Assembly: GCA_048938105.1 (NCBI GenBank)
Contig: JBHLMN010000001.1
Span: 384,001-448,000 of the forward strand
Reading direction: 5' to 3'
Source of the DNA: Promethearchaeota archaeon
Lineage (GTDB): Archaea > Asgardarchaeota > Heimdallarchaeia > Hodarchaeales > Hodarchaeaceae
Length of the DNA stretch: 64,000 nucleotides
Positions 21,177 to 30,831 of this stretch are shown here, piece after piece. The notes beneath the pieces are model-generated. The model made no database searches, was not told the DNA's origin, and worked only from the letters and a program-made list of their open reading frames with translations. Position 1 is the stretch's first letter; every line of letters starts with the position of its first letter. A program made the translations under genes and the position numbers.

Positions 21177-21264
21177 TGTGAGTTCATTAGAGCCAATTTA
21201 TGGTTTTAGATAAGAGTAATCCTTACTGAAAACCACAAGATATCTTTAGTTATCCGATAAGAAC

Positions 21265-22959
21265 TTATATAAACTTCCCAGCCGTGATATACCAAGTATA
21301 GCCTGGAAATGCCTCCTCTCTAATCTGCCGCTGGAAAATATCGCAAATACTATGGATACCAGTTAGAATAGCCAGATCTAGCCAATTCCAAGTAACTTCT
21401 TGAGCCTTTTTTCCTGGAGTAAATCTACCAAAATTATGTGAGAGCATCAATTCCGTTTTTCTAACTTCACTTCTTAAACGACCAGCTTGAGGATTGGTTT
21501 TAAGCTCCTCCTGCTGCCTATTTAGAGTTTTGATTCCCTCCTCGTATTTAGACTGGATTAGAATTCTCATTTTTTCTAGTGTGGTTTGAACATCGTGAAT
21601 TTCTGAACTGGCATTGAACTCCTTAAAATTCAAATATACCTCATCATCTAAAATAGGGATGTTTATACCTTCAGCGGATCTTTTAGCCCAAGGTGAGTTG
21701 TAATAAATTCTATTTGAGCGAATAAGAATTGGTGGAGGGATCTCCAGCCTTTTCATTGCTGGAATCACTGCAGAATAATATTGTGTTTCACCAGCACCTC
21801 CAATATGAGTTAACAGAGGAAATGTATAATTATTTACTACAGCTCTCGAATCTGAGCGGGGAGTGATATGAGATCCTATTTCACTGAGGTCAGGATGACT
21901 CAAATCATAGGAAAATGAGTATTTTTCTGAACAAACAGGACATTCACCCTCCAAAACTCCAGGGTTAGATACATGCAATTCTACTCGTGTTTTATTGTTA
22001 CACTCAAGACATTCCAGAAAAAAGGGAACATAATCATCTTCCCGATATGGGAGTCCTGGTTGAATGTTTTGAGATACCAGCTGGTTGTAAATCTTGTTTA
22101 ATATATCTATGTAACGAGAACGGTTATTCTCTGAGAGTAGAAATTCAAAGGCTGGTAAAATAAGCTGCCGATATTGAGGATCACTTGAGGGACAAAGAAA
22201 TAGCCTGAGATCATTACGAATATTGAAAAGATGGCTCCAAATCTGTTGTGTCCAAAGAGAAAAATCGCTAGCTCTTATAGCATTATCATGTATGAGATCG
22301 AACCAAGAAAAAAATCGTTCCAAGAATAATTTTCGATATTCGAGATGTACTTTCGTAGTCTTCATTAATAAGCGTAAATTTTCCTGAATTTTTAATTTAA
22401 TCTCAAATAGCCACTCCTCTTCTGGAACTGGCACTTGATGCATTGGTGTCCCCTCAGGTACACCCCAAGATATTGGTGTAATTATTAATCCAGTAGGAGA
22501 ATTCGCTTGAGGGAATCGTGCAATGGTTAGCTCATTCTGGATTGAATCATGATCTCCTATGAAGAAAAAAGTTCCTATCTTTAGCAGATTTCCCAGCCAT
22601 TCAGCTAGAGAAACCTTGTTTATCAAAAACAACGGTCCACCAAATAAAAGAGGTTGATGACCTAAATCCAAAAAACCTTGATCCAGACGATCGATTGCTT
22701 CTTTAACCCGATTAGTTAAAGTCCCCAATCTACGATGCCTATCAGTGGCGAGACGACGTAAAACTTCAACATTCTCACTGAAAGGTGCGAAATTAATAGT
22801 GTGTTGCTGATGTTCAATCATACTTTTCAGTACTCGAAAAGAAGGGGGGATTTCTCCCCATAAATCTTTACTAAGCTCATTGGGGTGGCCTAATGCTGCT
22901 GTACGATAGATTTCTAATAAAGAGGAGAGATGAGTACTCAAAAAGGACAAATCCTGCAT
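21265..22959 (-). CDS. bshC: BshC-like cysteine-adding ligase (bacillithiol biosynthesis family)
   Basis: GHQPLLFGGPLFLINK, FFIGDHD, GGAGETQYY match recalled BshC motifs; CxxC..CxxC insert. Confidence 0.75.
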   Translation of the reverse strand: MQDLSFLSTHLSSLLEIYRTAALGHPNELSKDLWGEIPPSFRVLKSMIEHQQHTINFAPFSENVEVLRRLATDRHRRLGTLTNRVKEAIDRLDQGFLDLGHQPLLFGGPLFLINKVSLAEWLGNLLKIGTFFFIGDHDSIQNELTIARFPQANSPTGLIITPISWGVPEGTPMHQVPVPEEEWLFEIKLKIQENLRLLMKTTKVHLEYRKLFLERFFSWFDLIHDNAIRASDFSLWTQQIWSHLFNIRNDLRLFLCPSSDPQYRQLILPAFEFLLSENNRSRYIDILNKIYNQLVSQNIQPGLPYREDDYVPFFLECLECNNKTRVELHVSNPGVLEGECPVCSEKYSFSYDLSHPDLSEIGSHITPRSDSRAVVNNYTFPLLTHIGGAGETQYYSAVIPAMKRLEIPPPILIRSNRIYYNSPWAKRSAEGINIPILDDEVYLNFKEFNASSEIHDVQTTLEKMRILIQSKYEEGIKTLNRQQEELKTNPQAGRLRSEVRKTELMLSHNFGRFTPGKKAQEVTWNWLDLAILTGIHSICDIFQRQIREEAFPGYTWYITAGKFI

Positions 22960-23236
22960 ACATTAGAAGATTTGAATTTAGTTTAGCAAAGATTAATAAT
23001 GATTCAAATTATTTCTGTTAAAGACAAGAAAAAAAAACCCTCTTATCACTTGGTAATACTAAATAAGCAGAAAAAAAGGTTCTCAAAATATATACTTTGA
23101 AAATTGGGTTTCAAAATTCTTTTATATTGAGGGAATATAAATCATTCAAACAAGATAATATCCCATGAATTACATAATTTTAATCTTGAAATACATTAAC
23201 ACTTAAATTTAAAATTAAAAATGGAGAATTTTTCTT

Positions 23237-26200
23237 ATGAAGTTATTTACTCGCTTTATATGCAAGAAACGTGCTGTTTCACCTGTCATCGCAGTTATTT
23301 TGTTAATTGGACTCGCTGTAGCTGCAGTTGCGGCTATTTTCCTCGTTGTTCTTCCGCTTTTACAGCCAACAAGTAGGCTTGAGCTGAAAGGCGCGTTTAT
23401 TGACTATGATGATGCCTATACTATAGCTGCAGACGAAGGAGTAGGTTATGGGACAGGGACATTGTCACTTTCAAATGCTGGTACAGGAGAGGTTAAAATA
23501 GTCTCTCTTAAAGTTTACTACACAACCAATGCTGTTAGTGGAAACTGGACGGAAATTGTAGATCACGATAGATTAGATATTACTAAGGATCGTCCATATA
23601 TCATCGAAACAATAGCACCAGATAAAGATCTATATGTTGGATTCCCTCTTCCTGATGAAAATGATGATAATACCATTACCTATAGGCTAACAGTTACTAC
23701 GGACGACGGAAAGATAATAGATACCGCTGGTCCAGAAGCAGTGAATGTTGTAGAAACTGAAATGCAATTAACAAAAGATCGACCCGATATTTCATTTATT
23801 GGAACTTTAGAAAAAAATTCAAATAATATCCGAAGAACGAAATCTATTTACCCAACTTCGGTATCCGACAACTCAGCAATCAAGAAAGTAACCTATGAAG
23901 TTGCTACTAATTCAGGATTCAGTAATATCGTCCAAACAAAAGATATCACAGACGTTGGTACTGGTCGATATCCTTGGAGTTGGAATACATTCAATGACAG
24001 TTCTGAAGGACTAGACAATGGTACTTATTATATGAAAATGACTGTTTATGATTATGCGGGACTCTCAAAAAGCACCTATGTGAATCCAGGTGATGAAATA
24101 AACTTTACAATTGATAATGATTATGTAAAACCAAGAATAGCGGATATTACAGGCTCCAGTAAAACTAATGGTTTAGATTTGGCAGAGGTAGGGACATCAT
24201 TCTCGGTTAATGCAACGATTACTGATAGTGGTTCTAAGGTTTCCACAGTCAAAGAAGCTTACATCCATTACAAGTTAAATGATTTAAGTACGACTTATAC
24301 TCCAGCACAAATGACTAATCCTTCAGGTGATACTTGGGAAGGAAATATTCCAGCGGATTTTGTAGATTCGACTGCTCTTCAATATAATCTTACTTATTAT
24401 ATTACTGCAAAAGATGACGATGATAATCCTGAAACTTCAGCAAGCCAAGATGCTGGAGTACTGGATACTACAAAACCGAATCTTTATGGACATACACCAG
24501 TGACTGTTGTATCCGACACATTAGAAGGACCCTCAATTGAACTTTCCATAAATGCTGAAGACAATGATACAGTCGATTTAGTTACTCTGGTCTGGCGTGA
24601 GGGAAACGATACGGGTCTATTAATTCCAGATTCATGGCAAGTTGAAAATTATATTGGCCAATCAGGTGATTCATGGACATTTACCATTCCTAAAGAAAAT
24701 GTAACCGTAGATGGAATAGACTACTACTTTAACGCAACTGATCCAACGGGAAACGCAAATGATGGAGCAGCTGGTTCACCATATCATATTACGGTTTATG
24801 ATGAATTAGCACCTCATGTACTAGCATTCGATCCTCAAATAGCTTCTCCGACAATTCCTGGCCAAGATGTAACAGTCAGAGTGAAAGTAAAAGACAATGA
24901 TCCCTCATTTAGCACTGAAAGGTTTATAGCTGAAACGGGGACTGTGAGAGCGCGCTACAATATTGATGGCGGTGGTTGGAGTATTTATTTTACTTTAGAT
25001 CATAGTTGGGGAGATTCTTCTCTTGATCCTGCTCCAGATGCAATTTGGGACGGCATAATAACTGGAGATAAATTTCAACAATTCACTGTTGTTAGTATTG
25101 AAGTTGAAGCAAAGGACGTAAAGGGGCAAACATCTACTATACAAACGGAGGTTGAGGTGTCTGAGGCAGGCAAACCTCTCTTCCGTGTTACGGGGACAGC
25201 AAACACCACTGGGACATACGACCATCAAATTGAGGTTAGTATCAAAAATTATGGAGATGGAGACGCAGAAGTTTACAATATGACAGTGTATCTATATGAC
25301 AATACAAAATTCTCCTACACAGGTGAACCTCTGCTAACTCAAATAGATGCAGCAGGAACAGGAGGAATCAACCCCAGATGGACAAATGTATCTACTCCAT
25401 CTGAATTTCCAAACGGAACTGAAAGAGGTTTAACAAATAATATAAGTATTAATAAAAATGATATTGCAACACTGACATTAACGTACGCTAATACTAGTGG
25501 AGGGTATTTCGATGTCAATGACATGACTGTTGGTATCAAACTCGGGTTTAGCTTTGCCTATCGCACTTCAAATGATTACTCCAAGCAGATGAAAGCAAAT
25601 ACAACGATTACAGCATATCAAACAACTACTCAGATAAGGTATTTCCGATCTGATTCCCATAATGTTAATGGTTGGGGTGCATATAACTTAGGTACGGCAC
25701 AATCTATTGGCGTTCAAACTTTAAATGAACAATCTCCAAGATTTACTTACTCATTAACTGTTACTTGGAGTGTACAGATCTATATTGTCCATGCCGACTC
25801 CTCAAGGATACCATTAACCTCTGGAAAATCAGCACAGGTTGCTAGATCTTCTGATGGCAGTGGTCTTCAGTATAATACATGGGTTTTGTCTTCAAGCCGC
25901 GATCTCACGACAACTGACGCAATTATGGTTGAGGTTTACATGGATATTGGAACATATAGCTATGACCCAATAACTTTCATAACGGAACAGTTAAATGCCG
26001 AGGATCTAGTCGCTAGTACATGGACAATCTGGTATTATACAGAGCGTTACTATAACAACCAATGGAATCAACGTAGAACTAGGGGAATCTTCTATTGGGG
26101 TGATTCTTCCTACAACAGCCGAATTGAACAATTCAAGATCACAATTCTTGCTGGTGGTGGTGGCGGTGGCAGTGGAGCTAGTGAACTTTCATTAAAGGCA

Positions 26201-26326
26201 TTTTCTCCGTCATCACGCATTGATACCACAGTGAAAAGTATTTCGCCGTTGTCTGCACTCTGGGAAAAATTAATGGTGATTACCCAACCTACTCAACCCA
26301 ATTCCTTAATGTCAAAGCGATTCTAA
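23237..26326 (+). CDS. Giant archaeal type IV pilin-like protein / adhesin with Ig-like repeats
   Basis: Class III signal peptide KKRA/VSPVIAVILLIGLAVAA; ~110-aa beta-rich repeats (D..KP.I ... YY..A.D). Confidence 0.85.
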   Translation: MKLFTRFICKKRAVSPVIAVILLIGLAVAAVAAIFLVVLPLLQPTSRLELKGAFIDYDDAYTIAADEGVGYGTGTLSLSNAGTGEVKIVSLKVYYTTNAVSGNWTEIVDHDRLDITKDRPYIIETIAPDKDLYVGFPLPDENDDNTITYRLTVTTDDGKIIDTAGPEAVNVVETEMQLTKDRPDISFIGTLEKNSNNIRRTKSIYPTSVSDNSAIKKVTYEVATNSGFSNIVQTKDITDVGTGRYPWSWNTFNDSSEGLDNGTYYMKMTVYDYAGLSKSTYVNPGDEINFTIDNDYVKPRIADITGSSKTNGLDLAEVGTSFSVNATITDSGSKVSTVKEAYIHYKLNDLSTTYTPAQMTNPSGDTWEGNIPADFVDSTALQYNLTYYITAKDDDDNPETSASQDAGVLDTTKPNLYGHTPVTVVSDTLEGPSIELSINAEDNDTVDLVTLVWREGNDTGLLIPDSWQVENYIGQSGDSWTFTIPKENVTVDGIDYYFNATDPTGNANDGAAGSPYHITVYDELAPHVLAFDPQIASPTIPGQDVTVRVKVKDNDPSFSTERFIAETGTVRARYNIDGGGWSIYFTLDHSWGDSSLDPAPDAIWDGIITGDKFQQFTVVSIEVEAKDVKGQTSTIQTEVEVSEAGKPLFRVTGTANTTGTYDHQIEVSIKNYGDGDAEVYNMTVYLYDNTKFSYTGEPLLTQIDAAGTGGINPRWTNVSTPSEFPNGTERGLTNNISINKNDIATLTLTYANTSGGYFDVNDMTVGIKLGFSFAYRTSNDYSKQMKANTTITAYQTTTQIRYFRSDSHNVNGWGAYNLGTAQSIGVQTLNEQSPRFTYSLTVTWSVQIYIVHADSSRIPLTSGKSAQVARSSDGSGLQYNTWVLSSSRDLTTTDAIMVEVYMDIGTYSYDPITFITEQLNAEDLVASTWTIWYYTERYYNNQWNQRRTRGIFYWGDSSYNSRIEQFKITILAGGGGGGSGASELSLKAFSPSSRIDTTVKSISPLSALWEKLMVITQPTQPNSLMSKRF

Positions 26327-26350
26327 CCCTTTTTCTCTTTCTTTTTTTCT
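26327..26350 (+). terminator. Oligo-T/pyrimidine tract terminator
   Basis: CCCTTTTTCTCTTTCTTTTTTTCT immediately after the stop codon. Confidence 0.45.
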
Positions 26351-26523
26351 AACCTTACTTTATTAGTAAAACTAGATAAATTAAAGAAAAAAGCCTAAAA
26401 CTAATTCACGTTGTTTTCCTTATTCCTCTAGAAGAACTCTTATCTAACATTTCAATGTTTTAACAATAGATTCTTTTTTCATATTTTTGTAATTATTACT
26501 GCTTATATTTTGGAAAGTCCCTA

Positions 26524-27774
26524 ATGAGCTCACACAAGTTTAACAGTGATTTAGTGATCGTTGGAGCTGGACCTGCTGGTTCATGTGCCGCTTGGGAATC
26601 AGTTCAAAAGAGATTAGGGGTATCTGTATCGTTATTTGAGGAACATCCCGAAATTGGGAAGCCACTGCAATGTTCTGGACTTGTTGCTACAGATGGACTA
26701 GAAAATTTGGGTCTAAATTTGAAAAAAGTAATTTTAAATAGAATTCTAAGAGCTCAATTTATTGCTCCAGATTTCAGCTCATTTGAAGTCAAACGTGGCC
26801 ATGATTCAATGGTTGTTATAAATCGTGTGGCATTAGATATATCTCTTGCAGAACGTGCAAGAGGCTTAGGTTGTGAGTACCATCTTGGACATAGAGTGAA
26901 CCAAATCCACTTTGATGATAACGGGTGGATTCTTCACATTCATCATAAAAGTAAAAAAAAGATCCATAAGAGTAAAGTACTAATTTCTGCAGAAGGAGCG
27001 CATGCAAGATTAACACGTTCAATTGGATTATCAACTCCTAATAAGAACTGGCTTTTTCCTGCCTTACAATATGAATTTGATCAAATTCAGGATATTAACT
27101 CAGATTGTGTAGAACTGTATTTTGGGCGAAAATACGCTCCAGGATTTTTCGGGTGGGTTATTCCAACCTATGAGAACTCTGCACGTATTGGTATCGCTGT
27201 TATACCATGGTTTAAAGGAAAACAACATCTTTATTTGAAACGATTTCTCAAAAAACACCCTTTTTTAAAAAAACGTTTAAAGAATAGTAAAATTATAAAT
27301 AGAAATGGAGGATACGTCCCTGTATCAGGACCAGTTAAAACAACCTATGATAAGAACTTCATGGTCATAGGGGATGCAGCGGGGCAAACAAAAGCAACAA
27401 CTGGTGGGGGTGTTAATATTGGAGGTTTTTGCGGCCGTTTGGCTGGTTTGACGGCTAGAAGGATAATTATAGAAGAGGTACCTTCTTTAAAAGCTTGTCG
27501 TGATTATCAAAACCAATGGCGAGCTCTTTTCGAACCAAATTTGAGTATAATGAAACTATTTCGGCGTATTCTAACCCCTCTTCCTGATAAAACTTGGAAT
27601 GAGATAATTAAAATCGGAAGAGAGACTGAAATCAGGGAATCCTTAAAGACAAGTCAGATTGACCTACATGGCACAAGCCTTCTTAAGTATGCATTAAAAC
27701 CTCATGTCTTTATGAAAGGCTTTCATCTTCTTCCTCAAGCGCTTTCAGGTTTCCTTCGGGAATTCATTACCTAG
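26524..27774 (+). CDS. Geranylgeranyl reductase family FAD oxidoreductase (DGGR-like)
   Basis: VGAGPAG, PLQCSG, APGFFGWVIP, GDAAGQTKATTGGG. Confidence 0.9.
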   Translation: MSSHKFNSDLVIVGAGPAGSCAAWESVQKRLGVSVSLFEEHPEIGKPLQCSGLVATDGLENLGLNLKKVILNRILRAQFIAPDFSSFEVKRGHDSMVVINRVALDISLAERARGLGCEYHLGHRVNQIHFDDNGWILHIHHKSKKKIHKSKVLISAEGAHARLTRSIGLSTPNKNWLFPALQYEFDQIQDINSDCVELYFGRKYAPGFFGWVIPTYENSARIGIAVIPWFKGKQHLYLKRFLKKHPFLKKRLKNSKIINRNGGYVPVSGPVKTTYDKNFMVIGDAAGQTKATTGGGVNIGGFCGRLAGLTARRIIIEEVPSLKACRDYQNQWRALFEPNLSIMKLFRRILTPLPDKTWNEIIKIGRETEIRESLKTSQIDLHGTSLLKYALKPHVFMKGFHLLPQALSGFLREFIT

Positions 27775-27922
27775 GATAGAAACCATTAGCCTACTACACA
27801 GTTTATTATTGTTTTTTTCTATTTGTATTTTGATTTTAACTTAACTTCAAAAGAATGGGGAGGGAATAAATAATCAACTCAGAAAAGTTGAAAGGTGAAA
27901 TAATTGCAGGTTAAATTGGAAA

Positions 27923-28109
27923 AAGTGGTTCAGAAGGCTTAGATAAAGTAATGGATGCAAAATATCTCAGGTTGGTGGCCTGATAACGCTCACATAGAAG
28001 TTCACAGTTATTCCTACCTACTAACAGGAGGGGATCCTACGGGAATTATCAAAGACGTTTCCCCTCATCTTGTTGATGATAGGGTTGGTGAACTTGTAGG
28101 AAACCACTT
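27923..28109 (+). ncRNA. Candidate structured ncRNA of unknown family
   Basis: Nested helices AAGTGGTT/AACCACTT, AAGTTCAC/GTGAACTT, GAGGGGA/TCCCCTC and a C(UACG)G tetraloop; ORF-free gap between convergent genes. Confidence 0.6.
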
Positions 28110-28136
28110 ACTTTAGCTGGTGGTAGTTCACTGAAA

Positions 28137-29486
28137 TTAAGATGATATTTGTTTTTCTATCTCATCCAATGATTTGACCAAATTTTCTGTGTTTTCTTTT
28201 ATTTCTTGGAAATTTACTTCCATTTTTTGGTAAAGTTCATTGTATTGTGATAAAAATTCAACTAGCGGAGTTATAAAAACCTGCATTTGTTCAATTTGAT
28301 TCATACCAATGGAGGCAGCAGAAAAATCCCCTTCCTGAATGTTTTCTTTAATAGAGGTACTAATATTTGACACGATCGTGTGGAAACTGATAGAAAGTGG
28401 CTGAATTTCTGAGATTTTTATATCGTCTAAAGGAGATATGCCTTCTGAAATTGCATTTACGGCTGTGCGTAGTTGATCTAGTAACTTTTGAGTTTTTTTC
28501 TCGGATCGAATTGGTATTAATGCTGATCCTAAGGAAACTGAATTCTTATTCAACAAAATATCCTGAAAATCGACATAAACAGGAATTTCTATGCTTAATT
28601 CCTCTTTTCCTTCTCCAGACGAGCAGAGGAGAATGAATTCTGCTTTTGCATGGGCACCAACACCTAGTTGGGGAACAGATATTGAATCTGATCCACTGAT
28701 AATCGTGAGGGTTGAGGGGATTTTAATATTAGCTGAAACCTCAGTTGCAGGGCCCTCTCCCACATTCTCTATTTTAACAGTTAAAGTGAATTGTTCTCCA
28801 AATATTACATCATGGTCAAATTCATAGACAGCCCGTATTGATGGGAATTTTACAGAATCCATTAATTTTAGTCTGGTTATCTCAATAGCCCGTTTAATTC
28901 CCTCATAAAACATTGCTGCTGGTTTAGTACTAAGTAAATAACTCTCAGTATAATTTGAAGCTCGTTGGAGGGAACTAGGATTTGGGTTCTCGGGATTTAC
29001 TGCTGCAGCTAAGTCATAGGGGATATATAGACAGGCAGTTGCGGCTCGGTCGGCTGAGAAATCATGACTCTTGATAAAAGCATCTAAATGTTGACTGACA
29101 TTCCAATCTCCAGTCTGAATCCTCAATAATGATGCTATTGCCATACATGCAGCCCCTCCAAGTAGATCTTCCCATGAAATGTGTTCTTGTGATGCTTTTG
29201 TAAGCGCGTCAGCAGATGCACTTAACCACTGGTTTTCTGAATTCGGATCTGATAAAAACTGCTGAATAAGTTGAGCACCCGAAAAAAATTGGTAAGCAGC
29301 ATTTTTAAATTGCCCTCTATTTAATAGTTCACGAGCATACTTGTCAATGAGAGAAATAGTTTCACTAGCTGCCCTAGCACGCTCAGTAGGATCCTGAATA
29401 TTCTTTAATGATGCAAGGGCCTCTTGAACATCATTCGCTGTCGTAGATTTACTAAGTCGCTCGAAAAGTTCGTTCACGAATGACAT
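28137..29486 (-). CDS. Hypothetical protein: helical-repeat N-terminus, CARDB/Ig-like domain, C-terminal helical bundle
   Basis: TPR-like helices; GEQFTLTVKIENVGEGPATEV beta-sandwich pattern; no signal peptide. Confidence 0.6.
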   Translation of the reverse strand: MSFVNELFERLSKSTTANDVQEALASLKNIQDPTERARAASETISLIDKYARELLNRGQFKNAAYQFFSGAQLIQQFLSDPNSENQWLSASADALTKASQEHISWEDLLGGAACMAIASLLRIQTGDWNVSQHLDAFIKSHDFSADRAATACLYIPYDLAAAVNPENPNPSSLQRASNYTESYLLSTKPAAMFYEGIKRAIEITRLKLMDSVKFPSIRAVYEFDHDVIFGEQFTLTVKIENVGEGPATEVSANIKIPSTLTIISGSDSISVPQLGVGAHAKAEFILLCSSGEGKEELSIEIPVYVDFQDILLNKNSVSLGSALIPIRSEKKTQKLLDQLRTAVNAISEGISPLDDIKISEIQPLSISFHTIVSNISTSIKENIQEGDFSAASIGMNQIEQMQVFITPLVEFLSQYNELYQKMEVNFQEIKENTENLVKSLDEIEKQISS

Positions 29487-29727
29487 AATCTTGTATTCTC
29501 CTTGATTAATACTATCTAAGTTGTTTCAATGAATTAAATCATTATTGAATTTAAAGGAAGAATTATTCCTTTTTAATTCTTTGTTTTTTTTCTAAGAATT
29601 TTCTTTCTTTAGACTGCAGAATCTCAATGAGATAGAGTTTGTATTAAAATTGTATTGTATGATTCAAAGAACTGCTGTTTTTAATTTCAACTGTATCTTT
29701 CTTTAATCAAGACAAGTTATTTTGCTA

Positions 29728-29829
29728 AAAGGTGTATAAAAAATATATTTGTTTTAAACACTAAGTAATTTTATGAAAAGAAAATCAAAGGAGCTTTCTA
29801 TCAAAGACAATGCTAATTTACACACCTTT
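29728..29829. promoter_or_regulatory. Inverted pair of AAAGGTGTRTAAA boxes between divergent genes
   Basis: 29728-29740 AAAGGTGTATAAA and 29817-29829 TTTACACACCTTT (12/13 complementary). Confidence 0.35.
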
Positions 29830-29945
29830 AAAAGATAACTTTGGCTTCAGTGTTATTTGAAGAAAAAGCATATTACATCCTCCCTCATTAAATATTCATC
29901 GTTACTTACTACTTTGAACCGTAATAAAAAGAAGGAGAAATTAGA

Positions 29946-30653
29946 ATGGTTTTCTTCCTCAGTCAAAAGGAAAATGAAGTCCCTGATATTCTGAAGAAAG
30001 ATCATGCGGCTAAAAAAGCTTATAATGAGATTTTATCAGGGTTAGAAAAAGCACTTATGCTTTATATTTATGATTCTGGACCCTATCCTCCAGATGAAGG
30101 ATCACAAATTCTACCCTTTGCAGATTTATCCCTTTGGGCAGAAAATGATTGGAAATCATTATATCCGAAATTTGAGAAGAAGAGATGGATTGTTGTTTTT
30201 GTAGCTCGTGGAGGTTTTCAGTTAATTGACCTTATAGAAAATAAGATTGATGATTTTACTTGGACCTATATTAAACCACGAACCGAGCTAAGGGATTTCG
30301 AAGATGAGAGTATTTACAAAGAATATCGAGATCCCGTCTTTGAAGAAAAATTTGCTGACTTTATGGAAGAAAATGTGTCTATCCTTTTTATTGAGGATAT
30401 TGTTTCTACAGGAGAAAATTTAGAAGCAGCTTTTGATATTACAATGGAAGTTGCTGAAGAATATAATGTTGAGGTTGGAGATGTTGTAACAATTGCTTTA
30501 ATATCACGCATGCGTAATATTGGAACAATGCCAATTTATGGAGTACAAACAGACATTCAAATTGATCTTCGATGTTCCTGGGGGAATGATCTTCCTGACC
30601 GAATTGATGCTCGAGATTTCTCAGAGAGTAAAGAATATATTGACGATCATTAA
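29946..30653 (+). CDS. Type I phosphoribosyltransferase-fold protein
   Basis: VFVARGG and PRPP-binding loop ILFIEDIVSTGENL. Confidence 0.75.
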   Translation: MVFFLSQKENEVPDILKKDHAAKKAYNEILSGLEKALMLYIYDSGPYPPDEGSQILPFADLSLWAENDWKSLYPKFEKKRWIVVFVARGGFQLIDLIENKIDDFTWTYIKPRTELRDFEDESIYKEYRDPVFEEKFADFMEENVSILFIEDIVSTGENLEAAFDITMEVAEEYNVEVGDVVTIALISRMRNIGTMPIYGVQTDIQIDLRCSWGNDLPDRIDARDFSESKEYIDDH

Positions 30654-30831
30654 GTTTAGAAAAACGGGAATACTTATACTAAGGTGTTAAGTAACATCAA
30701 TAAAATTAAGCTTTAAAAAAAATTACTTTTTTAAAGACAAAAAACGCATAACAATTGAATAGTAAAGAAGAAATCGTGACAAATATGTCTCGCTAAAAGA
30801 TTTTTCTGTCAGCTATAGGATGAATTAAGAA

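Noticed and set aside
27923-28109. SRP (7S) RNA or RNase P RNA
   Set aside because: No helix-8 GNRA/symmetric-loop motif, too short, and no GAGGAAAGUCC/P4 pairing
28073-28130. Hammerhead-ribozyme-like pattern (TTGATGA...GAAACCAC...GTGGTA)
   Set aside because: Core reads UUGAUGA rather than CUGAUGA, and stem I cannot form across the putative cleavage site
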